Assembly (NCBI GenBank): GCA_047495785.1
Contig: JBLDXI010000056.1
Location: 1 to 64,000 of the forward strand
Source: Lepidodermella squamata
Lineage: Eukaryota > Animalia > Gastrotricha
Reading direction: 5' to 3'
Length of the DNA stretch: 64,000 bases
A model generated the notes under the pieces. It had not been told where the DNA came from, made no database searches, and saw only the letters and a program-made list of their open reading frames with translations. Of this stretch, positions 50,531 through 62,603 are shown in pieces. The first letter of the stretch is position 1, and the number at the start of each line of letters is the position of its first letter. The position numbers were made by a program, and so were the translations under genes.

Positions 50531-52092
50531 ATTCGTTAGACCCACGCATGAAATATCAGCATGGGCGCATCATTTTATGCCAGGAATGTCAGTACTATAC
50601 CGCGGGTTGCGCATCATAACAGTTTGCCAGAAATAGAACACGATGGCGTAATGCTTTTGATGCGCAGAATACAAAAGCTGAACCCATCAGTTTTATCTCT
50701 TCATCCGATTAATGTATTTTTTCATCCGACAACCAAAAATGTGACTAAAACCTGCCGACTTGCTTTTTCATATTTTCAAAAAATTACAATAAGCCAGTGA
50801 ACACTCGGATTTAGTCGGTTCAGGGGTCAAAATAGGTTGCATAAAAGGTATATACACGCATCAAAATCGGTCTCATGAAAATTGAAAAAATCGATATTTT
50901 AATGTCGGATGATTTCAGTCGCACTTTCTATTGTCGGATGAAATAAGAGATTGGTCGGATAAAAAGCTGCTTGGGTAATTGCCATTCCTTAAACAGTTAC
51001 AATGCAGATGTAGACAGCAGGTTGAGTCCTTGCACGGTGACCTCGTCGGAGATATATAACATATGTCGTTCGCACAGGGTTCGTAAATCGATTTCTTCAC
51101 CACGTCAACAGTGTCAAATCGATCGCTACGTCTTTTGAAACTGATTTTTGGGTCGATAACCAGGAATGTTTTCTCTTACTGACGCGAATATCAAAACGGT
51201 GTTTTTTCTCGAACAATTCGGACATTGTACATTATAACAATTTTTGCATTCTTTTTGTTGTGTCTGCTGATGTCCATCACATGATCTTGATACCCTTGAT
51301 ATTTCCTCATTTCATGTTCTACTGAATTCATACCTACGATCTTAATATCAATTATATCAAATATATGTAGCAAATTATACGGCGTTTTATTATTCGCCAT
51401 TTTCGACGCTTGTTACGAAATTTGTATGAAGAATTCGCAGATAAATAAAAGAGAACTACAATGCGTATTAAATTGTTCTTTATACGAATTGGCGAAGCTA
51501 ATAGTGTTTCATTTGCATTGGAAATCGCAACTTTTTCAGGTAATTAATGGTCGTGGTTCATTGATTTTTATTGATGTCGGTTGATGATGAAGATTGATTC
51601 ATACCAAGTTCTTGACTTTTGAATTCGCAGGAGCGAAATTCTTATGATTGCGTTTCGACAATAGCTGAGGAGACACCACAATATATGAATGAACCCACTG
51701 AGATCAACTTTCTGCTTCTTTGATGTCTTCAACTGCAAGAGACAATTAGAAGTAAGAATTAATTCTACTTTTTTTTACTTTTGTAAGCCAGCATTTTTGA
51801 GTGAAGACCCGCCTTCTTGTGCAAATAAGCAACCAGCTATGTTTGCAATACTTTGGCGATTCAGATGTTCCTCTGCTTGCCAAAATATCGCTGTGTTAGT
51901 GTTATCATTCACTAAGTGCATCGGTATCCCGAGACACGTGAATACGCCTCGTTATACACGTGAACCGTAGTTAAAACAGCTGGCTAAGATCGGCCTGGCG
52001 TTGCCTATAAAATCGGAAGGATACACTGCACATTTTTCATTATACTTTTTTCGTTTGGAATTTCGTTGCAAGTTTGATATTTTAGCTTCAAC

Positions 52093-52698
52093 ATGAACAA
52101 GATCATCCTTGTTACTCTTGTCATGGTGAGTTCAAGGCCTCGATAATGATATCTTCTTCCGTAATATCATTTTATTTAACAGGCTTTCGCCGCGGTGTTG
52201 GCTGTATCTGCAGAGGAAAACAACGGCTTTGTGGCTCGTGAGGCTGCCTACGAAGAAGAGATAGCTCGTGAGGAAAACAAGAATGCGAAATCTGGTCCTA
52301 ACAGGCAGAGCTCCTTGAGCCCGTGGGCTGGCTCAGCAGCCAACAAGAATGCGAAATCTGGTCCTAACAGGCAAACCTCCCTGAACCCTAAAGCTGGCTC
52401 AGCAGCCAACAAGAATGCGAAATCTGGTCCTAACAGGCAGACCTCCCTGAACCCTAAAGCTGGCTCAGCAGCCAACAAGAATGCGAAATCTGGTCCTAAC
52501 AGGCAAACCTCCCTGAACCCTAAAGCTGGCTCAGCAGCCAACAAGAATGCGAAATCTGGTCCTAACAGGCAAACCTCCCTGAACCCTAAAGCTGGCTCAG
52601 CAGGCAACAAGAACAAAAGCAACAAAACCGGCAAGAATGCGAACAAGAACCACCCCGGTCCAGTCGCACGGCATTCTTTGAGCGCAAAGTCTTTCTAA
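52093..52698 (+). CDS. Secreted prepro-peptide P2 with five 66-bp (22-aa) repeats; exons 52093-52125 and 52183-52698
   Basis: Paralog of P1. Repeat NKNAKSGPNRQTSLNPKAGSAA starts at 52276, 52342, 52408, 52474 and 52540. Confidence 0.87.
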
Positions 52699-53119
52699 AA
52701 GGCTTGTGGAGCCGAAGTGGCTGTGAAGCTATTTATTGTGGAGCCATTCAACATTCAACCCATAGTCAGCTGCGGGATCTGGTCTGGTTTTTTTCTTGAG
52801 GTCGTAGTTAGGCACATGTCACTCTTGAGCTTGGTGTTGGGTTATTAGAATAAATAAAAAATTGCAATTCACTCATCCGGCTTAAGTTTGGGGATCCTGA
52901 CTTCCAGTTATGGATCAAACATGGCATTGAGAATGAAATATTCGGTGGCGTTAGCTGCCATTTCACTTATGAAGACATCCAGCTATTCAGCAAGATTTTT
53001 GGCAAGATTTCTTCAAAATGCTCTTGCTAATAATTTATTTCCCGTACTCGGTACTTGGTGTAGCTAGTAATATTTAGCTATTACAATTACATTATTTCAC
53101 TATCGAAGCATTAAAAAAC

Positions 53120-53734
53120 AATTGTGTACGAGACCTAGGTGTTCAAGTGGATAGCGAGCTATCTTTCGAGACTCATTGTTGTTTACTAAAGAATAGGTGC
53201 AATAATTTGATTGGTTGTATTCTCAAATCTTTAAAAAGCAGGAATCTTCGTTTGAAATTTGAAAGCCTATAAAAACTATGTTTTACCACTACTCGACTAT
53301 GCGTCCTCGGTTTATAATCCTTTCCATCTCGGGATTATTGATGATCTGGAATCAATGCAGCGAAAATGTTTAATGAAATTGTCGAATTACGAATCATCTG
53401 ATTATAATTTTCTACTTGAAAAATTTGATTTGTTGTCTCTGGAACAGCGCCGATTCACTAAAGATATTGTTTTCACTTACAAATTCTATCATAATCTTGT
53501 TGACGCTAAATTTACAGATTTATTTACGCCTTCTAGCAACAAATATGCTCCTCTTCATCGCATTCGTCAATCTGAATGCCATTTGATAAACATCTTATGA
53601 ATATTTCTTATGATAAACATCTTGTGTCGTCAGTGAGGCGCCGTAATACGTGAAAAATTATCTTTTTTTCTGTTTGCTACAATCGCAAGTGCGATAATTG
53701 CAAGTCAAATATAAAAAAAATAAATAAATAAATA
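53120..53734 (+). mobile_element. 5'-truncated, frameshifted non-LTR retrotransposon (CR1/L2-group RT C-terminus)
   Basis: VRDLGVQVDSELSFETH...YKNYVLPLLDYASSVYNP...LESMQRK...LLSLEQRR...D. A-rich/(TAAA)n tail at about 53713-53734. Confidence 0.8.
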
Positions 53735-53735
53735 G

Positions 53736-54307
53736 ATTGCGTTTCGAAAATATTCAATTTCCCTGCTTATTTTTTCAAATGTTCAATTCCAATTGACAAT
53801 GAAGAACTAAGCATTAATTCTACCACCCACTCCCTAATTTTTGGCAAGCCAGCCTTTTTCCATAAACTGCCGGTTTGTGCAAATACGCCGGTAGTTGTAT
53901 TTCAGGAATTTTATATGAATGGCAGAAAATCATACATGTGTCCCCTCGCCTCTGTCATTCGCCAAGTGCATCGGTATGCAACAAGAACAGAAGCAACAAA
54001 ACCGGCAAGAATGCGAACAAGAACCACCCCGGTCCAGTCGCACGGCATTCTTTGAGCGCAAAGGCTTTCTAAAAGGCTTCTGGAGCCGAAGTGGCTGTGA
54101 AGCTATTTATTGTGGAGCCATTCAACATTCAACCCATAGTCAGCGGCGTTGGATCTGGTATGGTTTCTTTCTTGAGGTGGTGGTTCAGCACATGTTACTC
54201 GTGAAATTACCAACTCAGGTTTGGGTTATTGGAATAAATAGAAAATGGAATTTCATTCGTCCGGCTTCAATTTGGGGATCATGACTTTTAGGCGCATGGG
54301 TCAAAGA
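53736..54307 (+). pseudogene. Internally deleted prepro-peptide copy P3
   Basis: Upstream flank (aagtgcatcggtat) is fused directly to the C-terminal coding tail NKNRSNKTGKNANKNHPGPVARHSLSAKAF* (to 54072) and a diverged 3' UTR. Promoter boxes, signal peptide and repeats are missing. Confidence 0.8.
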
Positions 54308-55165
54308 TGGCGTTGAGAATGAAATCTTCAGTGACGATAATTGCTATTGGGAAATAAATTTGGAAAAAATCCAGGTATAGTAAGCTAGATTTTTGGCTAG
54401 ATTTATTCAAAATGCTCTTGCTAATAATTTCTTCCCTGTACTCGGTACTTGGTGGTTAGTGATATTCAGGTATGATTGCATTGTTTCACAATCGAAGCAT
54501 TAAAAAAGAAAAAAGAATAGCCGATCTCAGCCAAATAGCTGAAATCTGAAAATAGCTAAGTTGGATGAGTGTGGGAAATAGATTATTAGCAAGTTCAGCA
54601 TTTTGCGGAGCTACGATGAGCTTACGATGAGCTGATTAGTCACATTTCTCTTATTGAAAGTTGAAAGGAAGCCCCCAATTATCCTCCCAACTGGTGGATC
54701 ATAATCATCTCTGCTTTTATACGGCCTCCTGTCAGTTTGCACTTCTAGACATCAATTCATCCTTATCAAATATAGGTTTCATAAACGTTACAACTCCATC
54801 AGACTGCAATTGTAGATTACTGTCTCTTACCAGCCAACGCACAAGCTATGGGATAATTTGGAGGTCCAGTTCTATCGTAACTATGTATTCGTTTGATTTG
54901 ATGCAACCTGCTCTGGTAAATTCGAAATATGTAATCAGAATAATATCACTTGCGTTCGTCATTTTAATTTTCAAATGCGGCTAATTACAAGCCCGAAGCG
55001 CCTTCATGGCTCGCCCTTTCAATTTCGGATGTTCTATTGAATATATTTAAAAAGCAAACGCAATCATGATAACATTTTTCATGACGCAAATTGGCGAGCT
55101 GTTCAAAACGTTCAAGACTTCACATATTTTATTTAGGCTGATTTGAAGTTTTTGCCAGATTCCAT

Positions 55166-55392
55166 TCACTGAGGCCGGTATGGGTAGCATTGGCATAGGT
55201 TAGCAATTTTATCGTCGTCGCCCAGATCGATATCGAAATTCGTTCGCTCAGTTCTGGAGCTTTCCTCAATTGTAGAATTGGTAGTAATCGGGGAACGTCG
55301 AAAAAACGGTTAAAGGGCATCGAAGTGCCGATAAATTCTAACTTGACTGTTGCGAAAGAAAATAGTAAATAGGCGAACTTGATACTGACCAA
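55166..55392 (-). pseudogene. Deleted duplicate of the LamG-like gene
   Basis: Junction cgccca-gatc-gatatcgaaa joins sequence equivalent to 47343 and 48333, removing most of the ORF. Confidence 0.75.
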
Positions 55393-58300
55393 AATAAATA
55401 TAACGGCTTTATAAATGCATAGGCTAGTAAATTCTCGCGGCGGAGTCTTTTTGCACGTTTATTGCATTCTTCCGTCTATGTACGCTTTTCGCCCAGGTAC
55501 TCTTTTTCGCAGAATCCTGTGAAAGTGTACTATGGCGATGGCTGACTGTATTGCTTTTTTATGTTGGCCACAGGGCTTTGAGGCCAGGGCATGCTGGGCG
55601 AATGTGAATCACCCCGCGAAAATTGGGCCTAAATGACATGAACAATTTAAACTGCCGAATTTTTAATTGAAATCGGAATAATCGGACGAAAGTTGCGCGC
55701 TCGTCCGCGCTGCCGCAACTGCGGTGGCAAGCATGCCGCGAACTCGAGGGAATGCCCTCTGCGCCTGCCTCCGGCGGGCTGAAACGAACATGCACATGGG
55801 AAATTGTGTTTTCGAAAGAAATTGCAATTTCAAGACGGGTCGGGTGGTAACTGGGATTTCTAACAAAATCCTAGTTGTCACTGCTCAAAATGTGAAAAAT
55901 TTTTAAGGATGGGATAGTTGGGATTCCCCGGCGGGGCTGCCCTGGATGGGTGGAGAAGGGGGTTGGTTGAGCTAGTTACGCCCGGCAGTGATGACGCACG
56001 CCTGATCCGTCGTCTGTAATTCCACGATTGCGGTGGCGCTGTAGGGACCGCACTTGATTGGTCCGGTCGGCGCGGCTCTCTGAGCCAAATGCCCCAGTAG
56101 GTTAGGAGGGTCCAAGGCTTGTTCTGGTAGAGTTTGAAAGGCTTCCCTTTCCAAAACCTCACAGCGCCAGTTCACCGGGAACCGAGACAAATAATGAGTT
56201 TTATTTATCGTCCATCCTCGCGTAAACCGCTTTGGGTATCTTTTAAAATCGGCAGCGTGGCGGGATCAGCTTGAAACCTACGAAATAACTGGACAATAGG
56301 CTTGATAGGCTGGTGACTTTTCATATACTTGCAGCAAACTTGAATCGAGCCAGCTGGTTTTCAAGCAAACAAACAAAATTCGTTAGACCCACGCATGAAA
56401 TATCAGCATGGGCGCATCATTTTATGCCAGGAATGTCAGTACTATACCGCGGGTTGCGCATCATAACAGTTTGCCAGAAATAGAACACGATGGCGTAATG
56501 CTTTTGATGCGCAGAATACAAAAGCTGAACCCATCAGTTTTATCTCTTCATCCGATTAATGTATTTTTTCATCCGACAACCAAAAATGTGACTAAAACCT
56601 GCCGACTTGCTTTTTCATATTTTCAAAAAATTACAATAAGCCAGTGAACACTCGGATTTAGTCGGTTCAGGGGTCAAAATAGGTTGCATAAAAGGTATAT
56701 ACACGCATCAAAATCGGTCTCATGAAAATTGAAAAAATCGATATTTTAATGTCGGATGATTTCAGTCGCACTTTCTATTGTCGGATGAAATAAGAGATTG
56801 GTCGGATAAAAAGCTGCTTGGGTAATTGCCATTCCTTAAACAGTTACAATGCAGATGTAGACAGCAGGTTGAGTCCTTGCACGGTGACCTCGTCGGAGAT
56901 ATATAACATATGTCGTTCGCACAGGGTTCGTAAATCGATTTCTTCACCACGTCAACAGTGTCAAATCGATCGCTACGTCTTTTGAAACTGATTTTTGGGT
57001 CGATAACCAGGAATGTTTTCTCTTACTGACGCGAATATCAAAACGGTGTTTTTTCTCGAACAATTCGGACATTGTACATTATAACAATTTTTGCATTCTT
57101 TTTGTTGTGTCTGCTGATGTCCATCACATGATCTTGATACCCTTGATATTTCCTCATTTCATGTTCTACTGAATTCATACCTACGATCTTAATATCAATT
57201 ATATCAAATATATGTAGCAAATTATACGGCGTTTTATTATTCGCCATTTTCGACGCTTGTTACGAAATTTGTATGAAGAATTCGCAGATAAATAAAAGAG
57301 AACTACAATGCGTATTAAATTGTTCTTTATACGAATTGGCGAAGCTAATAGTGTTTCATTTGCATTGGAAATCGCAACTTTTTCAGGTAATTAATGGTCG
57401 TGGTTCATTGATTTTTATTGATGTCGGTTGATGATGAAGATTGATTCATACCAAGTTCTTGACTTTTGAATTCGCAGGAGCGAAATTCTTATGATTGCGT
57501 TTCGACAATAGCTGAGGAGACACCACAATATATGAATGAACCCACTGAGATCAACTTTCTGCTTCTTTGATGTCTTCAACTGCAAGAGACAATTAGAAGT
57601 AAGAATTAATTCTACTTTTTTTTACTTTTGTAAGCCAGCATTTTTGAGTGAAGACCCGCCTTCTTGTGCAAATAAGCAACCAGCTATGTTTGCAATACTT
57701 TGGCGATTCAGATGTTCCTCTGCTTGCCAAAATATCGCTGTGTTAGTGTTATCATTCACTAAGTGCATCGGTATCCCGAGACACGTGAATACGCCTCGTT
57801 ATACACGTGAACCGTAGTTAAAACAGCTGGCTAAGATCGGCCTGGCGTTGCCTATAAAATCGCAAGGATACACTGCACAAGTAGTGCCTATGTGCCGGTA
57901 CGAAAACAGTGAGGCCGATATACACACTTTTTAAAAAATTGAAATGACAAATGTGGAAAATTGAGAAATTGAAAAATTAAAAATTGATTTTAAAATTTTG
58001 AAAATTTGAGAATGAAAAAAATGGTCAATTAATTTGAAGGAAATTAGGAGAGATACTTAGTTAATTGGTAATTTTGAGAAGAAATGGTAAGTAGAGGCGC
58101 GTTTCTAAAACGGAAAAATATATTGGGTATAGGGTGTGCATTAAAAGGGTAAGAGGCGAGCGATTGGGGGTAAAGCGACTGATTCACCAATTAAAATCTC
58201 TGCAGCTATTTCTGATTCATGCTGAAGCGCTGGTACATGCCCAATGAATGATAAATTGAAAGTACAGCAGACTATTCACAATTATCGGCACGTCAAAAGA

Positions 58301-58531
58301 GCTACACGGTGAATCAATAGTCTACCTTGCTCGGGGAATTCAATAGACCTTTTCATGTCTAGGTAGCGCAGTCGCTTCATTTTTTACTGTCATATCACAA
58401 TTTTCCATATACTTTTTTTCTTGAGCGAAAAAAAGTGAGTTGAAATTTGACACAAAAAATAATTAATGAGATATTATTTGATTCAGCGATGCAGCACCCT
58501 TACCGACCACCAAATGGCTGCATACGGCCCG

Positions 58532-58604
58532 TTTGGCCGCCTGGACCAATTAGTCGACACGATTGGCCGCCTGGACCAGTTAATCGACACGATTGGCCGC
58601 CTGG
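58532..58604 (+). repeat. 30-bp tandem repeat (about 2.5 copies)
   Basis: ttggccgcctggacca(a/g)tta(g/a)tcgacacga repeated. One frame reads WPPGPISRHD-WPPGPVNRHD-WPPGG. Confidence 0.8.
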
Positions 58605-59293
58605 AGGACCTTGGACGGGACATCGGTTCTACTAACAGCAAATCTGATGACGAAGCAGTTCAAATAACTTGTTCTTAACCTTCCACATGCCGCATTACCG
58701 GTTTATCGATTGCTAGCCAGCTTAACTCGCAGCATTACCATCCTAACAGTTTGTTCGAACCCATGAAAAATGTCCACCAAGATGAAATGATTGTAAACCT
58801 TTATAAAAAACAATAGCCATGAATACCATATGTTGTGTAGAAGAACCTATTATTTTTCCGAATGCAACTAATTGATACCCTCTAATAATTTATTTGGTGA
58901 AAGAGTTTAATATAGTGAGTCAATGAGTGGCTGCCCAGGCGCGTGGACAGGTCCAGCACGTGGAGGGGGATATTACGCCGCAACTCATTGCTGGTATAGA
59001 GCCGGCAAAATGATGGTTTGTTCTAAATGTGGCGCAGCGTTCCAACGAACATACTAGCCAGCGCTTCCCGAGCTAAATGATTTCATGCTGGTTCAATTGA
59101 TATCATAACTCTAATCCCTCTGTTGTCCCTCTTTCCCGCTTTCCAATCTAATGGTTAACCTCATATACATTTTTTGATTGGTGATCAAGTCACATCCCTA
59201 TCGTTTAGTTAGTTTAGCTGAACTTCATGGAAATGCTAATCATTTCCGCAGAATAAAAGCGGCTAATCATTTATTGATTGATTTGGTAAAAAG

Positions 59294-59868
59294 GCTTCAT
59301 GCGGGAAGGGGATATAATTCCCTTCGATGATGATCTGGATTTGTTTGTTACGAAGACTCAATTTGGCGATTTAATGAAGTTTTATGAGCAAGGCAAGCCA
59401 ATCAGAAAGCGGAAAGATCAAAGAATAGTCAAGATCGAAGGAACGGACGGCAAAATGAAAACATGGGTGCTTGGAATTGAAAGAGACGCTGGCAAAGAAG
59501 TTTCACATATATCTGTGTATTCATGGCAGACGAACATCGTACAATGGCCGTTTGCAGAATTTTTTCTGGATGAGCGATTTCATGTAACTAATTGGCATAT
59601 TTTAATTCGGCTTCTCATTTCGATTTTGCAGGAAAACACAAGATTGACTGCGGAAACCGTGAAACTCAAGGCTGATTCGGGAACTGAGTTCACATACTAT
59701 CTACCGGATTTCTGGCGGGAGTTTCTTGTTGAAAATTATGGTAATGATTGGCAAACAGTGGTGAAAATTGCTGGTGGACACAGAACGGACCACGACAAGA
59801 ACTTACTGACCTCAAAAAACTGTTGCTATGATTTCGAAACAGGATTACGAGCGGCGCAGCGAACCTGA
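59294..59868 (+). CDS. LicD/fukutin-related nucleotidyltransferase domain, 3' exons (5' exons unresolved)
   Basis: REGDIIPFDDDLDL matches the LicD R..G.IPWDDD.D motif. C-terminal P....FL...YG.DW. Probable in-frame 48-bp intron at 59584-59631. Confidence 0.72.
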
Positions 59869-60067
59869 GAATGAGTGAGATTCAGATTTTCACTTCCACC
59901 TGTGACAATGATGTATCCAAGGAGCAGTAAACTGCACAAATTTAATGAGTTCCTTTCGCTTTTGCCTCAAGTAGAGGATTCGTCAAATTATGTAAAAATG
60001 AAAGCATCAATTTCATGTAGTATGTCGCATCAAGTAGAATTAGCGAGTCCTTGTAAAACAAAAGCAG

Positions 60068-61165
60068 ACTCAAAACCTGCTAAAATGAGCTTTTTGACGA
60101 CTTTTCACGAATTTTCAGCGGCCTACGTTGTGGTTGAAATTTTGTCCAAATCTTACGAGTCATGCGTCATTCGAAAGCCAGTAAAAAACTGATTAAAAAA
60201 TTGGGAGTGGAATTTCAAGTTTCGCTGACGTGAAAAAAATTTTGATCACTCAAAACCTGCTAAAATGAGCTTTTTGACGACTTTTCACGAATTTTCAGCG
60301 GCCTACGTTGTGGTTGAAAATTTGTCCAAATCTTACGAGTCATGCGTCATTCGAAAGCCAGTAAAAAACTGATTAAAAAATTGGGAGTGGAATTTCAAGT
60401 TTCGCTGACGTGAAAAAAATTTTGATCACTCAAAACCTGCTAAAATGAGCTTTTTGACGACTTTTTTCGAATTTTCAGCGGCCTACGTTGTGGTTGAAAA
60501 TTTGTCCAAATCTTACGAGTCATGCGTCATTCGAAAGCCAGTAAAAAACTGATTAAAAAATTGGGAGTGGAATTTCAAGTTTCGCTGACGTGAAAAAATT
60601 TTGATCACTCAAAACCTGCTAAAATGAGCTTTTTGACGACTTTTTTCGAATTTTCAGCGGCCTACGTTGTGGTTGAAAATTTGTCCAAATCTTACGAGTC
60701 ATGCGTCATTCGAAAGCCAGTAAAAAACTGATTAAAAAATTGGGAGTGGAATTTCAAGTTTCGCTGACGTGAAAAAAATTTTGATCACTCAAAACCTGCT
60801 AAAATGAGCTTTTTGACGACTTTTCACGAATTTTCAGCGGCCTACGTTGTGGTTGAAAATTTGTCCAAATCTTACGAGTCATGCGTCATTCGAAAGCCAG
60901 TAAAAAACTGATTAAAAAATTGGGAGTGGAATTTCAAGTTTCGCTGACGTGAAAAAAATTTTGATCACTCAAAACCTGCTAAAATGAGCTTTTTGACGAC
61001 TTTTTTCGAATTTTCAGCGGCCTACGTTGTGGTTGAAAATTTGTCCAAATCTTACGAGTCATGCGTCATTCGAAAGCCAGTAAAAAACTGATTAAAAAAT
61101 TGGGAGTGGAATTTCAAGTTTCGCTGACGTGAACAAAATTTTGACCACTCAAAACCTGCCAAAAT
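60068..61165. repeat. Tandem satellite, about six copies of a 179-180-bp unit
   Basis: actcaaaacctgc restarts at 60068, 60248, 60428, 60607, 60787, 60967 and 61147 (partial). Confidence 0.95.
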
Positions 61166-61410
61166 GTCCTCAATTCTCATTCTATATTCTTTTGGAGTAG
61201 ATTTTGAGATGTGGCTACTTCGAGCGATTACGTAATTCAATATTTTATAACTTTCGAATTTGTCAACGGCATTAGAATGATAATAATAGTTGGATTGATT
61301 GAGTTTGCACAAAAACGAAGTAGTTACGATTTATTATTAAAACTTGAATGCGAAGTTTCCAGCTAAAATACTTGTCAATCTCTCACCTCTCTCACTCGAA
61401 ACTCACTCAT

Positions 61411-62272
61411 TCACACATTCAAGTAATTCACCAATGTTTCAAATTTTGCCACAGTTTCTTTCGTTGGTTTTGTCCGACATGTAATAAAATGTTTTACGGT
61501 TTCTTTACCAATGCCCACTTCGATTTTTCTGAAAATATGCACTGCTGCTTCAATTATTTGATCGTCGCTCAGATCAGAAAAGTAGCTTTTGATTTTATGA
61601 ACAAGTTCATCTCGCCTTTTTTGCTGCGGATTCAGCAGGAAATCATCAATCTAAAATGGAAATGAAACAGTGACAAAGAAGTAAACAAGGAGAAATTCAC
61701 CTTGAGGGATAGTGAGTTCAGATCTTTGACAGGATTACCGGGGACAAGAAAGGCAGACGATGCCTTGTTCGGTATTGGAGTGTCAATCTAAAAAAGACAA
61801 AAGCCAACGATCAATAAATTGTTAACGTTTTACTGACAATTACAGTGTTAAGTGTTGACGATTTCGCTGAAAATGATCGAGCGCCATTAGCTGATAAACA
61901 CGGAGTGCCCTCCAAAGATGACGAAGTAGAATTGAGTTTACCAACTACGAATTCCATCTCAGATGAATCGCTTAAAGTTAAGCTCAGCATTGCATCTTCA
62001 AGCTTTGTCGTTAAAGGCAGCTTCGGTTTGGGTACTAGGTGGAGAACAATACGATCAGCGTCAGCAGCTTTCACTACCGCATCAAGGTCTTCTTCTTCAA
62101 GAATGATGAAGACATGCTCACCGTCCTTCAACGCTAGTTCAGCTTCGCTAGCCAAATCTTTCCCGAAGAACTTGCGGATTTTTATTTTCAGACGTTCGAT
62201 ATTGCTAACACCTTCTTCGTAGTGGGCAAAAACCGCAATCTTGCTGTCTCCTGCGACGATCTTCAGCAACAT
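61411..62272 (-). CDS. Three-exon gene: N-terminal PB1/ubiquitin-like domain, Ser-rich linker, C-terminal Cro/C1-like HTH; exons 62272-61844, 61787-61701, 61650-61411
   Basis: Two phase-0 GT-AG introns join in frame. LKDGEHVFIILEEEDLDAVVK...IVLHLV resembles PB1. IGKETVKHFITCRTKPTKETVAKFETLVNYLNV* resembles an XRE HTH. Domain calls are by eye. Confidence 0.6.
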
Positions 62273-62603
62273 ATCAAAAATACTGTGGAAAATATGATTG
62301 ATCATTGGAAAACAAGTGATAAAAATAGAATTAAATGATAAATATATGCCCGAAAGACTTATTAAATTCTTGATTTAAAAAAAGTGAAGAACTTGAGTAT
62401 TATCCACATATATACGAAAGAATAAATTCATCTATCACTGCAATATTACTCTGAGGAAAAAATCTGGCTCAACAGAAGACAAAGCTGGTATGACAAAAAC
62501 AAAAAAAAGAACGAAGTAGGCCAACACGCCACCCAGTGCGAGGTCCATCGCTCATCAATAATAAATAACTCATTTTTTGCGGGCATTGCGCAGCATATTG
62601 CGT

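Larger units (their letters stand above)
46427..57879. repeat. Near-identical segmental duplication: 46427-52031 versus 54308-57879
   Basis: Identical ORF translations in both copies. They differ by a deletion of about 990 bp in copy 2 and an insertion of about 1050 bp in copy 1. Confidence 0.92.

Noticed and set aside
45801-52646. Hydrophobic antisense ORFs 45801-46151 and 52248-52646
   Set aside because: Shadows of the 66-bp repeat. The sense strand has the promoter, signal peptide, intron and polyA signal.
60068-61165. CRISPR-like array (also considered for the 66-bp and 30-bp repeats)
   Set aside because: Units are contiguous with no unique spacers, there are no cas genes, and the context is eukaryotic.
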